From NCBI GenBank assembly GCA_002245135.1, contig NGBS01000593.1:124001-158670 (forward strand): DNA of 34,670 nt. Direction: 5' to 3'. Shown one piece after another: positions 1-11,595 of this stretch. Source of the stretch: Proteromonas lacertae. Taxonomy: Eukaryota. Numbering within the stretch: position 1 is the first letter of the stretch; each line of letters opens with the position of its first letter. The notes beneath the pieces are model-generated. The model was given only the letters and a program-made list of their open reading frames with translations, had not been told where the DNA came from and made no database searches. The position numbers and the translations under genes were made by a program.

Positions 1-2029
1 GGGATAAAATTACTTTTGTTTTTTCACATGCAGCATGAATTCTCATTTTATATCTGTCATTCTTTTCTATATTAATATTGTATATTTTTTTAATATATTC
101 TTCGATTTTTCTTGTTATATCTTCACCTCCTAAATGATTATCACCATTTGTTTCTAATATTTCGATATTATTATCATTCAAATTAATAATTGTCACATTA
201 AATGTACCTCCTCCAAAATCATATACCATTATTTTACATACTTTCCTATTTATTATATCACTTGCTTCAAGATAAGCTAAAACAGCAGCTACAGGTTCTT
301 CTATCAATTGAACATTCACTAAACCAGCTTGTTTTGCTGCTTCAATTATTGATAGTCTTTGCTTGTTTGTAAAAAAAGCAGGAACTCCAACTGCAACTAA
401 TATATCTTTTACATCAATCTCTTTTGGTATTGCAAACATACTTTCAACTGTATAATTGTGAATATATCTTATAATTTTTGATTCAACATCAATTGGAAGT
501 ACACTGATTATTCTATCTTTTACACTGATATTATAAACTGGAATATTTTCCTTTTTAACTAATTTAAATGGATATAATTTCATTTCATCCTCATCTATAT
601 CATCATAATCTATTCCGATAAATCTTTTAGAATCATAAACAAATGAAACATCTTTTTTCATTTTCATATTATAGGCAGCATCACCAACAACAACCGAATA
701 ATCATCTTTATAAGCAACACAAGAGGGAAATGAGTTAGATTGAGATGAATTAGTATTAACCATGTTAATTTTACCTAATCTAATGAAAGAAGCATGTGAA
801 AAAGTAGTTCCTAAATCAATTCCATATGAATATAAAGGAAGATCTTTTATTGTTAGTTCAAAACTCAACGATCTTGGTAATGAGTATTTGATTATATATT
901 TCTTCAAATTATTGGCATAATGAGCACATCCTTTTGCTACTACTTCATCAGGATTGATAGAATAAAGAACTTTACCATAATGTGATAAAGTACTTTTTAT
1001 TTTCGGTATTAAGCAAGATCTACCCACAAGAATAGAACAATCTATATTTGTAAGAGTAATTGCTAAACCATCAAGTAAATCATTAATTATATCTATTGTT
1101 TTGTTGATATATCCACTTATTTTTTCTTCAAACAATGAACGAGATATACTTACCTCCAAATCATCATCTTCAACATATATGCTTGTTTCTTCATACATAG
1201 TTAAACATTTTTTAGCATTCTCGCACGCCATGGTTATCCTTTTCATCTTCTTTTCATTATTTCGATGGTTTGAATCATATTCTTCTCTTCCCACTTCTTT
1301 AAGATAATAATCTATTAATATTTTGGTGAAATAATCTCCGCCAACACCATTATCCTGACTTTCGTTTATAATTCTAAATTCATTGTTACTACATATAACT
1401 ATTGATGCTTTAAAATAATTACTTCTTAATTCATACACCAAAATGTAATTTTTCTTTAACTGTATTGCTTTCTCACCAACATAAGCTAAAACAGCTGCTA
1501 CAGGTTCTGGTATGAGATATATATTTTTTAATCCTGCTTGTTCTGCTGCTGTAATAGTTGCATACCTTTGCTTACTAGTAAATGATGATGGAACTCCAAT
1601 TGCTAAATTATAATTATCTTTTGATAATTTTTTATATGATAAATATTGAACTGCTTGTAAATCTATATATTCAATAATTTTAGATGTTACATTAATTGGT
1701 GATACATATATAGTATTATTATTGTGAACTAATTCATATTTAATACTATTCTTTGCATTTACTAATTTATATTTTTTCTTATTTTTATCTACTTCATACC
1801 ATTTCTTTCCAATATACTTCTTCGAATCATAGAGTAAAGAATATTTCGTAACACCTTTAGTATTTTTAGCAATCTCTCCAACACATAAAATTTTACTGCT
1901 TTTGTTATAATATACATATGATGGTATTGATGGCTTTCCATTTAACTCAACAGTCTTAATACCATTATTAAATGTTTCAATTGCGATACAAGATGAATTT
2001 AAACCTAAATCTATGCCATATGAATACAT
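1..2029 (-). CDS. Hsp70-family protein with two tandem nucleotide-binding domains (3' partial, runs off the window)
   Basis: ATG at 2029; the frame is absent from the ORF track, consistent with running off the edge, and the stretches I translated are open. NBD1: MYSYGIDLGLNSSC...IPEPVAAVLAY...LVYELRSNY...GVGGDYF...NPDEVVAKGCA. NBD2 is in the same frame from about 832: YSYGIDLGTTFS...EEPVAAVLAY...VYDFGGGTFNV...NHLGGED. Confidence 0.88.
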   Translation of the reverse strand, partial: MYSYGIDLGLNSSCIAIETFNNGIKTVELNGKPSIPSYVYYNKSSKILCVGEIAKNTKGVTKYSLLYDSKKYIGKKWYEVDKNKKKYKLVNAKNSIKYELVHNNNTIYVSPINVTSKIIEYIDLQAVQYLSYKKLSKDNYNLAIGVPSSFTSKQRYATITAAEQAGLKNIYLIPEPVAAVLAYVGEKAIQLKKNYILVYELRSNYFKASIVICSNNEFRIINESQDNGVGGDYFTKILIDYYLKEVGREEYDSNHRNNEKKMKRITMACENAKKCLTMYEETSIYVEDDDLEVSISRSLFEEKISGYINKTIDIINDLLDGLAITLTNIDCSILVGRSCLIPKIKSTLSHYGKVLYSINPDEVVAKGCAHYANNLKKYIIKYSLPRSLSFELTIKDLPLYSYGIDLGTTFSHASFIRLGKINMVNTNSSQSNSFPSCVAYKDDYSVVVGDAAYNMKMKKDVSFVYDSKRFIGIDYDDIDEDEMKLYPFKLVKKENIPVYNISVKDRIISVLPIDVESKIIRYIHNYTVESMFAIPKEIDVKDILVAVGVPAFFTNKQRLSIIEAAKQAGLVNVQLIEEPVAAVLAYLEASDIINRKVCKIMVYDFGGGTFNVTIINLNDNNIEILETNGDNHLGGEDITRKIEEYIKKIYNINIEKNDRYKMRIHAACEKTKVILS

Positions 2030-2172
2030 TTATAAATGTAAAATCCTCTTCAATTGTAATGTAAAATGAAAATTTAAAAATAGATGTCAAACATTCAAAT
2101 CAAGCTTTCGATTTAAAATCTCAATAAAAAACATAGATAATCATATCAAATATTCAAATAAGTATAATAAAT

Positions 2173-3557
2173 TTAGACATATTTTAAATCTTCATCACTC
2201 CAATTTGGTTCTGGACCACCTTCTTTCAATCTCAGTATTATCTCTTTAAACGTTGGTCTCTTGTTTGGATCATGTGCCCAACAATCACTAATTAATTTAG
2301 AATACCATTGAGGACAATCAGGAGGAATTGTTGGTCTTCTTCGGTGAGTATGAACTACCATAGCCACTTGTAGAGGTTCTAAACCAGCATAAGGTGTTTG
2401 TCGAGTATAAATCTCCCACAAATTAATACCAAAACTATAAATATCAGCCTTTTCACTATATAATTGTCCTCCAATCACTTCAGGAGCCATCCATTGGAAT
2501 GTTCCACATTGGCTTGTCATTAAAGCTTGACTACCATCTCCAGCTTTGAATCGACTCAAACCGAAATCACTTATCTTAGCTGTCCATCGACTATTCACTA
2601 AAATATTTAAAGATTTTAAATCACGATGAATAATTGGTGTTGGCTGAGTATGTAAGAAATTCATTCCTCTAGACACATCACGGCTTAATTTCAATCTTAA
2701 TTGCCAAGGTAACTGAACTATATATTCTTTAGTTTCACTATTTTTCAAGTGTAATAAATCAAATAGATTTCCATTCTCACAAAATTCTGTTACTAGACAA
2801 ACTGGATCAAATACTAACCCTTTAAATACTACAATATTAGGATGACTCAATCGATGCATTAAATTAACTTCACTGTGGAAATCTTTGATTGCTTTATCAT
2901 TCATTTTAGTCATTAATAAACGCTTAACTGCTACTATTTCTTGATGATAAACTCCTTTATAAACTGTAGCAAAACCACCAATACCAATTCTTTTACCCAT
3001 TTGTATATCGTTATATGGAATTGTGATGTTACTCACTTTGAAATCTTCTAATACTTTTGCTAATGCTATTTTGGCTCTATCTTCTTCATTGTTTAATTCT
3101 ACTTGAATTGCTGGTTTGGGTGGAAGATTACTCCATTTATTATCTTCTTCTTCCTCTTCCTCTTCTTCTTCATCATCATCATTGCTACTACTCTTTTCTT
3201 CTTCTTCTTCTTCTTCTTCTTCAACTTCTTCGTCATCTTCAACTACACCTTCACCATCAACATTTGATAAAAATGGATTTTCATATACTGACGGTGATTC
3301 TATAGTAGAATCTGATGGTAATAATTCTAACAATGGATCTACTAAAGCAGTATCTTCTTCATCATTCTTTATAATACTCTTCTCTTTTTCTTTCTTTGTA
3401 GTTGAAGATGATCTTTTAGATGGAGCTACAATTGGTGGAGATGGTAATCTGTTCTTCTTACGTGGAGTAAGTGTTCCATCTTTATTATTATTATTGAACT
3501 TTTTATCTTTTGTTGTTTCTTTAATTGATTCTTTCACTTCTTTGAGTGTTGATTTAG

Positions 3558-3589
<32 letters not shown>

Positions 3590-6500
3590 AGATCTACTCG
3601 TGGTGAAATCATTACTGGATTCATTGGTGTAAGTCCACTTTGAGGTAATGAATTACGGTGCATATGCATTGTCATATTATTAGCCATAGTATTATTATAA
3701 AAATTATTTTGATTCATATTGTTCATATTGTTCATATTTCCATTCATTTGATAATTATATGGAACAGAGACATTGTGAATGTAATTTGGATATTGATATG
3801 GAATTTGCATGTTCATATTATTATTATTATTATTAAAACCACCTCGAGCAGCAGCTGCAGCAGCCATTTGTTGTTGTCTTAATAGTAACTGTTGTTGTTG
3901 TTGTTGTTGTTGGATTAATAACATTGAATTCATTTGAGTGGTATTATTAGGTAGAGATAATCTTTGTTGTTGTTGTTGTTGTCTTTGTAATTGTTGTTGT
4001 TGTTGTAAAAGAATATTATCATTATTTGCATTATTATTGAAATTTACATCTGCAAATAAATCTATATCATTATCAACCACTGATCCTTTTAAAGAAGGAC
4101 TTACACTATCATCTCTTATTGATTCTTTCAATTTATCACCAGAAAGAAATGACATCTTTTCATCAGGAGTTTCAGCATCATCTGGAATATATTCTCTTTT
4201 CAAATACTTTACGTTTTATAAAACTTTTTAATGCTTTTTTTTGCTTAGGTTTTGGTCTGTCTTTTTCATCTAATTTAAACTCCCAAAAGCTCCTTGCCAT
4301 TTTATTTCCTATTTTCATTAATGGTTGTACCCACATGTTCTTAATATTCTTATTATCTAATGCTTTGACAAATGAAATATGACTACCTAATTTTAAGTGT
4401 AAAATAGCACAACTTCTACAAAGGAATAATCCTAAATTAAACGAAGCATGAGTGACATTTTTAGACTTACATTCCATACATATATTGTTATCTTTTTGTT
4501 TAGATAATTTCAATAAGAATTCATTAATCGATAATCCATTTAAGTTAGTGGCTTTGGGTTGAAATAATGGAACAATTCCTTCAGGTCCTTGACGGTATAA
4601 ATTACCTAAAATTACATCGTCTTCAATCTCACCATCATCATTCTCTAATTGATTATCATCAGTTATATCTTGTGTAAGAGTATTAAAAGCAGCTCTATTG
4701 ATAGATTCTATAGCTTCATGTACTGCAGATGGTGCTGTCTCAGAGTTTTTCAGTGGTGAAACTTTTGGTAATTCAGGTATATCTTTAATAGTAGATATTG
4801 GATGATCTCTACATTTATCAAAGAATACTTTAATTGAATCAAATGTGGAGTTATAGTTCTCGATTAATGATAATGTCATTTCATCTGATCCACCTTTATC
4901 ATCATCTTCATTGTCTTTATTACTGTTTATTAAATCGCTCAATATTTTTGTCAAACAACCATATAAATATTGTGTTTCATCAATCAGTGGAGAAAGTGCT
5001 GCTTGCAGTGGAGGATGATCTATAAAGGAGATTGATTCAGATGATTCTACGATTGAACTGATTGTGAATAATCTACTCAATATATCAATTCGATCTTCAA
5101 TTCCTAAGTCGTTTTCACTTTCTGTTTCATTGCAAATATATTTACTATCATATATTGGATAGTTATGGACGAATTCTAACTTATTGACAATTAGTAATGA
5201 TAATTGATGGATCAATCTGCAGTATTCTATGTGAAATGGATTTTTTGTTTGTTGATATATATTATGATTCCATTTTTCACCTATTTCACGAGGTATATCG
5301 ATGTATTGATAACTTTGTTCTAGAATTTCCCTTGGTCCTTGCTGTAATATTCTTAATATAACAATTAGACATTTAATAGCGACAATTGGATGATTCGTAT
5401 TCCTTTCTTTAATCATTGGATATAAGAAATCTATATTTTTCGATTCATTAGCTTCAATTATTAAAAATCGAAGATATTTGAATTTAGGAGCACCAGGGTG
5501 ATATGATGTACATCTCATTATCCACGCTCTCTTATTATTCTTTTCTCCACTTACTAATTGAATAAACTTGGCTTGAACTCTTTCAGAAATTTGATTTGCC
5601 AAGCTTCTTTCAACACTTTTATCACCTCCTGCTGCTCCATTGATACTTCCTGTGTTGGATACTGTTGATGATATTGATGTTGGTGTTGCTACAGATGCTG
5701 CTACATTACTAGGAGTTTGTGGCTCAGAATTAATTATGTCGATTGGCATTAATTTGTTTAAAAGAGGGTTATTTTCAATATTTTGACTTTTCCAACCCCA
5801 TTCTTTAATACATTTCTTAATAATTTCATTAATTGTTGGTCTTTTATTAGGATCAACGACAATCATCATTTTGATCAAATTAATCAAGAATGGGTCATAA
5901 TTGTTCTTAGGTATTTGATAATCACCTTTTAATATAACTTTCTTCTTTATATGACCAGTTTCATCAGCAAAAGGATTAGAATTGAACAATAATGTGTATA
6001 ACAGAATACCTAGTGACCAAATATCTGATTTTACTGTGATTTTATTACCAGGTTTATATTGAAACGTCTCTGGCGCTCTTATTTCTTTTCTGACTAATCT
6101 ATCTAAAATTCCCATTTCAAACTCACACTCTTCAATACTTTTCATTGCTTTGTTTGTAAATGTTAAAGTGTCATAATCACCTAATTTAAAACTATTTACA
6201 CCTGTTACTAGTATATTCTCCAACTAATTATAAATTAATTCAATATATATATACATGTATGTTTCCATGACAAATAGGAGTTACATTTGTATGAAGTGCT
6301 AATAATGCATAACATATATCTTTAAATATTGATTGGATTATTAATTGTGTAACAGCTGTTTGAGAAATATACTCACGGAGGTTACCTCCAGGGCAATATT
6401 CAAATAATTGCATTATTGTGCATGTCTCATTCTCCATATGAGTGTCACTACCAAAGAATTTCACTAGATTCAGATTTGGTTGTAATGTTTTCTAAAAACA

Positions 6501-6752
6501 GTATAAATTGTATTTTTATACTAACATTATGATATTTATTTTAGTCCTTTCTATCATTTTTGTGTCATTTGAATTCCACTTAGTCACTTTAAGAACATAA
6601 TTCTGTTGGTTGTTATTAACATCGATTGCTTTCCATACATATGCACAACCAGCTATATTTATAATTGTAAAATTTATACTCTCAGCTATAAGCTCTTTTA
6701 AACAGATATCTCGACCTTCAACAGTAAGTTGCTTGCCTGAATTTTGGCCCAT
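2173..6752 (-). CDS. Multidomain protein: NAK-like pseudokinase + ANTH + ArfGAP-like zinc finger + Q/N/E-rich linker + TKL (Raf/MLK-like) kinase
   Basis: Introns at 6653-6679, 6492-6521 and 6224-6254 join the 5' ORFs (MGQNSG...IAETGCAYVW...YVLK...HGNIH|LENIL...GDYD...RAPE). ANTH motifs: CTSYHPGAPKFKYLR and IVAIKCLIVILRILQQGP. ArfGAP: CMEC-x16-CRSC. The C-terminal kinase has GIGGFATV, VAVK, HRDLKSLN, DFG and APE. A single gene requires one frameshift at about 4208-4210 (FIKRK/YLKREYIP). Confidence 0.75.
3140..4040 (-). repeat. Coding trinucleotide low-complexity tracts (poly-Q CAA, poly-N AAT, poly-E GAA, poly-P/T)
   Basis: Runs of ttg/tta/ttc on the + strand encode the Q, N, E, P and T homopolymers in the inter-domain linker. 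Confidence 0.85.
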
Positions 6753-7518
6753 CTTTTTGGCTTTACTTAATGATTAAATAAATATAGTTTCTAAAGGTTT
6801 AGATACTAATATTAAGTTCAATTTAAGATCTCAAGCCTAATTACTCAAATCAAGCTTATAAATTTTTAAAATTTTTGATTTTGCGCAGAACAATATTTTA
6901 TTAGTTTTCAAATATATTTATGATAATCTATGAAGCAACAAATTACATGACAAGCAAAATTGAAACATTTTATTAGTTATTTGAAGAGATAATCAAAAGA
7001 AATTATTATGCTTGACGAATGTGTGGTGTAGATGAAGATAAATTGGTTTATGAATTATCTAAATGTTACAAACTCATAATCAACAATTCTTACTTTAAAT
7101 CTATCGATAAGTGATAAAATGAATGTATATTTATCAATAAAATGAGAAAAATAAGCTGAAAATGTTATAGTAGTATGGTTTTTATACACGTCATTTCTTC
7201 AAATATACTAAGACCGTTCATTTAATTATTTGAACGTATTATTCAGATCATTTTAATTACAGTTTTTACAAGCATCTATTCATATTTTCAGTCATTAACC
7301 AAAGTAGTCCAGCATTAAATAAATCACTAAAATTTTACCATCAGTAACAGTTGTACATAATTCCGTAACTATTAAAAGCTGTATTAAGCTAATAGACTGA
7401 TTGAATGAAGTGTTTCAATAAAGTCGTTTCACATCGAACAGGATCTGATCTACAACCAATATAAACAAAAGTTTGAGGTGTGGCTTGACAAGATTGAGAA
7501 AGAATTTTTAAGAACACT

Positions 7519-9747
7519 ATGAATTCCAAAGTTTTTTCAGTAGTTCACAAAGAGGCAACTAAGGATGCTGTATGTTCATATATTTAATATTTTATAGTCT
7601 GCCATATATCGTTCCAAATACTCAAAAGCAGAATTAACAGAGTTTCTCTATGATGATGTAAAAACTATGTATGAATACATCATCTAATGTTAGGCATGAT
7701 GCATTTCAGAGAGGGCTTCGTTTGTTCCCAGAGAATCATTGCTATGGATATAGACAGGATGTAAATTTAGCATATTATTTTTCTCTAGAATGATGATCAC
7801 AAATTTGGAAATTATAAATGGTATAGTTACAAAGAAATATGGGAGAGAATGCTGAATTTTGGAAGCGGTATAAAAGGAATGAATTTAACAACTTTTGACT
7901 CTGTATATAAATATGTAGAATTATATTCTTCTATAGGAGTTAGAATATTTCGGTATTTTCAGTCAAAACAGTGTAGAATGGACGGTATGTGATTTAGCGT
8001 TGTGCACTTACTCTATTACCTGTTTACCAATTGAAACTATGTTAGGATTGAGTAGTATACAGTATATCTTTGAATCGTCACATGTGAAGGGGATACTCTG
8101 TTCATCCAAAGAATTGGAAATAATAGAAAAATTAGATTGTAATAGAATACAATTGAAGTATATAGTAATAATGGATGAGTTGAAAGATAATGAAATGAAA
8201 GCAAAATTAGAAGCAAACGTATTTATACATATCATTAATATATTCTATTAAATAGTATAAAATTTATTCAATGAAAGAAATCGAAGAATACGGTAAAATA
8301 CACAGATTATTACCAATCCCTCCAAATCCAACAGATATATTGGCAATATGTTATACAAGTGGTAGTACTGGTGAGCCAAAAGGTGCAATGATCCCACATA
8401 AGGCATTTATCTCAAACATAGCAGCTTGGAATGAAGTTGGAATTACATTTAGTGATAAAGATGTATATTTGTCATATTTACCATTATCTCATATAATGGA
8501 GCTGTTAATACATCCTACAATATTACAAGAAGGTGGATGTATTGGATTTTATCATGTATAATATTATAATATCATTTTATATTATCATTAGGGAAATACA
8601 GATGAAATATTTGATGATTTAAAAGTTTTAAAACCAACAATGTTTGTAGCTGTTCCAAGATTGTTATTGCATTTATATAACAAAGTATATATTGAAGTAT
8701 TGAAATTCAATACGGAAAGTGAAGTAGTAAGACATGTAAAAGAAAAATCATCCAAATTTGATGAAAACGTTTATAAACATCCTCAAGATAATAACATATT
8801 TAGAAATGTATTATTAATTCATTAATTTTTTAATTTTAAAATAGTTGAAGAATGAAATGGGATTTGAAAGATTAAGATGGGTAGAAACTGGTGGAGCACC
8901 ATTAGACTTAGAAATCACCAATTTCCTCAGATCATTTCTCTGTTGTCCATTATTAGAAGGATATGGTCAAACTGAAACGATGTGTGTATCATTTACATCA
9001 CCTAATTGCCCATGTATTGGCCATCTTGGTGGTCCACTACCATCTTATGAAATAAAGTTAATCGATGTGCCAGAATTGAATTATTATGTTACTGATAAAA
9101 AGCATAATGTTAAAAACAGTACAATTGATTGCGTAAGTAGAGGAGAAATCTGTGTCAGAGGAAATGGATTATGTTGTGGATATTTTCAAGATTCTGATGA
9201 TTTATTCTATACAAAGTGTTTAGATTCAGATGGTTGGTTTCATACAGGAGATATTGCTATAATTTTACCAAATTTAGCCTTTAAAATAGTAGATCGAAAG
9301 AAGAATATCTTCAAACTATCTCAAGGTGAATTTGTATTTGTAGAAGCTGTTGAATCTGAATATCAGAAAATCAAAGAGATTGAAACTATTGTATTCTATG
9401 GTGAACCTTCTTGGATATATTTAGTTTGTTTAGTTGTTCCACGAAAAGAGAATGTTATAGAATGGGGAAGAATCAATCTTCATAATTGTTGTGACTATAA
9501 AGGAATTGTTGCATCTGCAGAATATCAATGTTATATTACTAAATTAATTCAAGATTATGGTAAGAATAATCCCAATATAAGAGGATTTGAAGTGCCAAAA
9601 GGAGTTATTGTTGAGAGTGAAGCGTTTACATGTGATAATGGTTTATTAACTCCATCTGGTAAGATAAATAGAAACAAAATTAATAAGAAGTATTTAAATG
9701 TTTATCATAGATTGCATAATGATTTTTTAGAAACGATTAAATCTTAA
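7519..9747 (+). CDS. Long-chain fatty acyl-CoA synthetase (AMP-binding, ACSL/LACS family)
   Basis: ATG at 7519; introns 7570-7597, 7669-7693, 7761-7788, 7903-7936, 8219-8255, 8556-8591 and 8808-8844 give one frame. Motifs: YTSGSTGEPKG, YLPLSH, EGYGQTE, GEICVRG, DGWFHTGDI, DRKKNIFKLSQGE, LLTPSGK. Confidence 0.93.
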
Positions 9748-10058
9748 TATAATGTCAAATTAATGATAAATTTATTATTAATCTTTTAATATTGAATGTA
9801 TATACCATTCTTTCAATTAACAAGAAAAGTAGTCAGTACAATTTTCAGTGATTGGTTGAAATGTTTTAATAAATATACTCGTTACAAATTAAGTGATTTT
9901 TCTAGATCATTTTTTGTTTCTTTATAGGTTAGCAACAACCATTTTATTAAAATAGAAAAATAGTATGATTATCAACTTATTATTATCTGTTATTTAAACT
10001 GCATTTTTGCATCTTTTGTTGCTTTTTTATGAAAATTTAGTTTTATTATTCAAATAGG

Positions 10059-11155
10059 ATGTATAATTCAAAGGTTTTATTCATTGTTGTTGTATTATTA
10101 ATCTCTTTTTCAGTTGCAAAAGATTATTACGAAAGTATTTACTCGATATTGACTATATTATAGTTTTGGGATTGACTAAAGATGCAACTGACAAACAAAT
10201 TAAAAAAGCATTCAGAAAATTAAGTTTACAATATCATCCTGATAAAAATAAGGGTAATGCTGAAGCAGAAGCGAAATTCAAAGAAATTTCTGATGCTTAC
10301 GACGTTCTATCAGATCCAGAAAAACGTCAAATCTATGATATTGATGGTGAAGAAGGTTTAAAGAACGCAGAAGCCAGAAAAAACCGTCCATCCAGTCCAT
10401 TTGATGTATTCTTCGGAGGAGGTCAAAATCAACGTAAAGGACCTGATATGAATATTGATATGGATGTAACCTTAGAGGAATTATACAATGGAGCTGAAAA
10501 GAAAGCCAAAATCAATCGTCATGTTGTATGTCCCAAGTGTAGAGGTACTGGTGCAAAAGGTGGTGAGACAAAACCATGTAAAAAATGTGGAGGAAAAGGT
10601 GTAGTCAACGTAAACCAACAATTAGCTCCAGGATTCGTAATTCAAACCCAACAGACCTGTCCAGTATGTGGAGGTAAAGGCCACACCTACAAAGAAGCTT
10701 GTCCACACTGTGGAGGTAAAAAAGTAGTACAGGAAGACAAAGTATTGACAGGTACAATTGAAAGAGGTATGCCAAGTGATTATCGAATTAAATTTGAGAG
10801 ACAAAGTGAACAGCAACCAGGATTAGTACCAGGAGATGTATATTTCTCATTGAAACAAAGACCCCATCGTTTATTCACCAGAAAAGGAGATGATTTATAT
10901 ATGAAAATGAAGATCAGTTTGAAAGAGTCCTTATTAGGTTTTAGAAAGGTGATTAAACACTTAGATAATCATGATGTTGAGATTGAAAGAGATGAAATTA
11001 CTGTTCCTAATCAAGTGATTAAAATGAAAGGTGAAGGTATGCCAGTTCATAATTTCCCTTCTGAGTTTGGTACATTATTTATTACTATTGAAGTTGAGAT
11101 GCCTAAGACATTGACTGCTGAACAAAAGAAATCTATTGAGGAGATATTCAAATAA
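10059..11155 (+). CDS. ER-lumenal DnaJ/Hsp40 co-chaperone with CxxCxGxG zinc finger (ERdj3/Scj1-like)
   Basis: Signal peptide MYNSKVLFIVVVLLISFSVA followed by KDYYE|ILG across intron 10135-10163. Has the HPD motif, four CxxCxGx(G/K) repeats and a DnaJ C-terminal domain. Confidence 0.92.
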
Positions 11156-11299
11156 ATGAAATGAATAAATAAAAGTTTTTAGATTAAATGTAATTTTCGA
11201 ATTTTTCTTTATTTTTAAAAAACGTTTTTTGTTTTATAAAGATTAAAAAAAAACATTCTAATTCTTCAATAAAAAGTAAATCAAATTGAATTTTTAGAT

Positions 11300-11553
11300 T
11301 TATTTATTCAAATTCTGCTTCATTCTTTCAAATACACCAATTATAGCTTCTTGAATCGGTTTAATCTTGAAATCTGGATTGGCTTTCACTAATTTGGTTG
11401 AATCTAACTCATTATTAGATCTCTTTGCTTTTAATATCTTGTTTTGTTCTTCAATAGTGAAGTTGGTGTATTTGTAACTACCATCGATGTATTTAGTATA
11501 TAAATCTAAGATTTCGTTGTGTGAAATAACACCAGGATTAGTAAAGTTGTAAA

Positions 11554-11595
<42 letters not shown>

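Noticed and set aside
1101..1307. 68-aa plus-strand ORF
   Set aside because: Antisense to the Hsp70-like gene, with no motifs.
3057..4382. Plus-strand ORFs with poly-S/C/L/V runs
   Set aside because: Antisense shadows of the low-complexity linker of the minus-strand kinase gene.
6860..7450. Unusually long intergenic gap possibly hiding a gene or snoRNA
   Set aside because: No consistent spliced ORF or convincing C/D or H/ACA structure found by eye.
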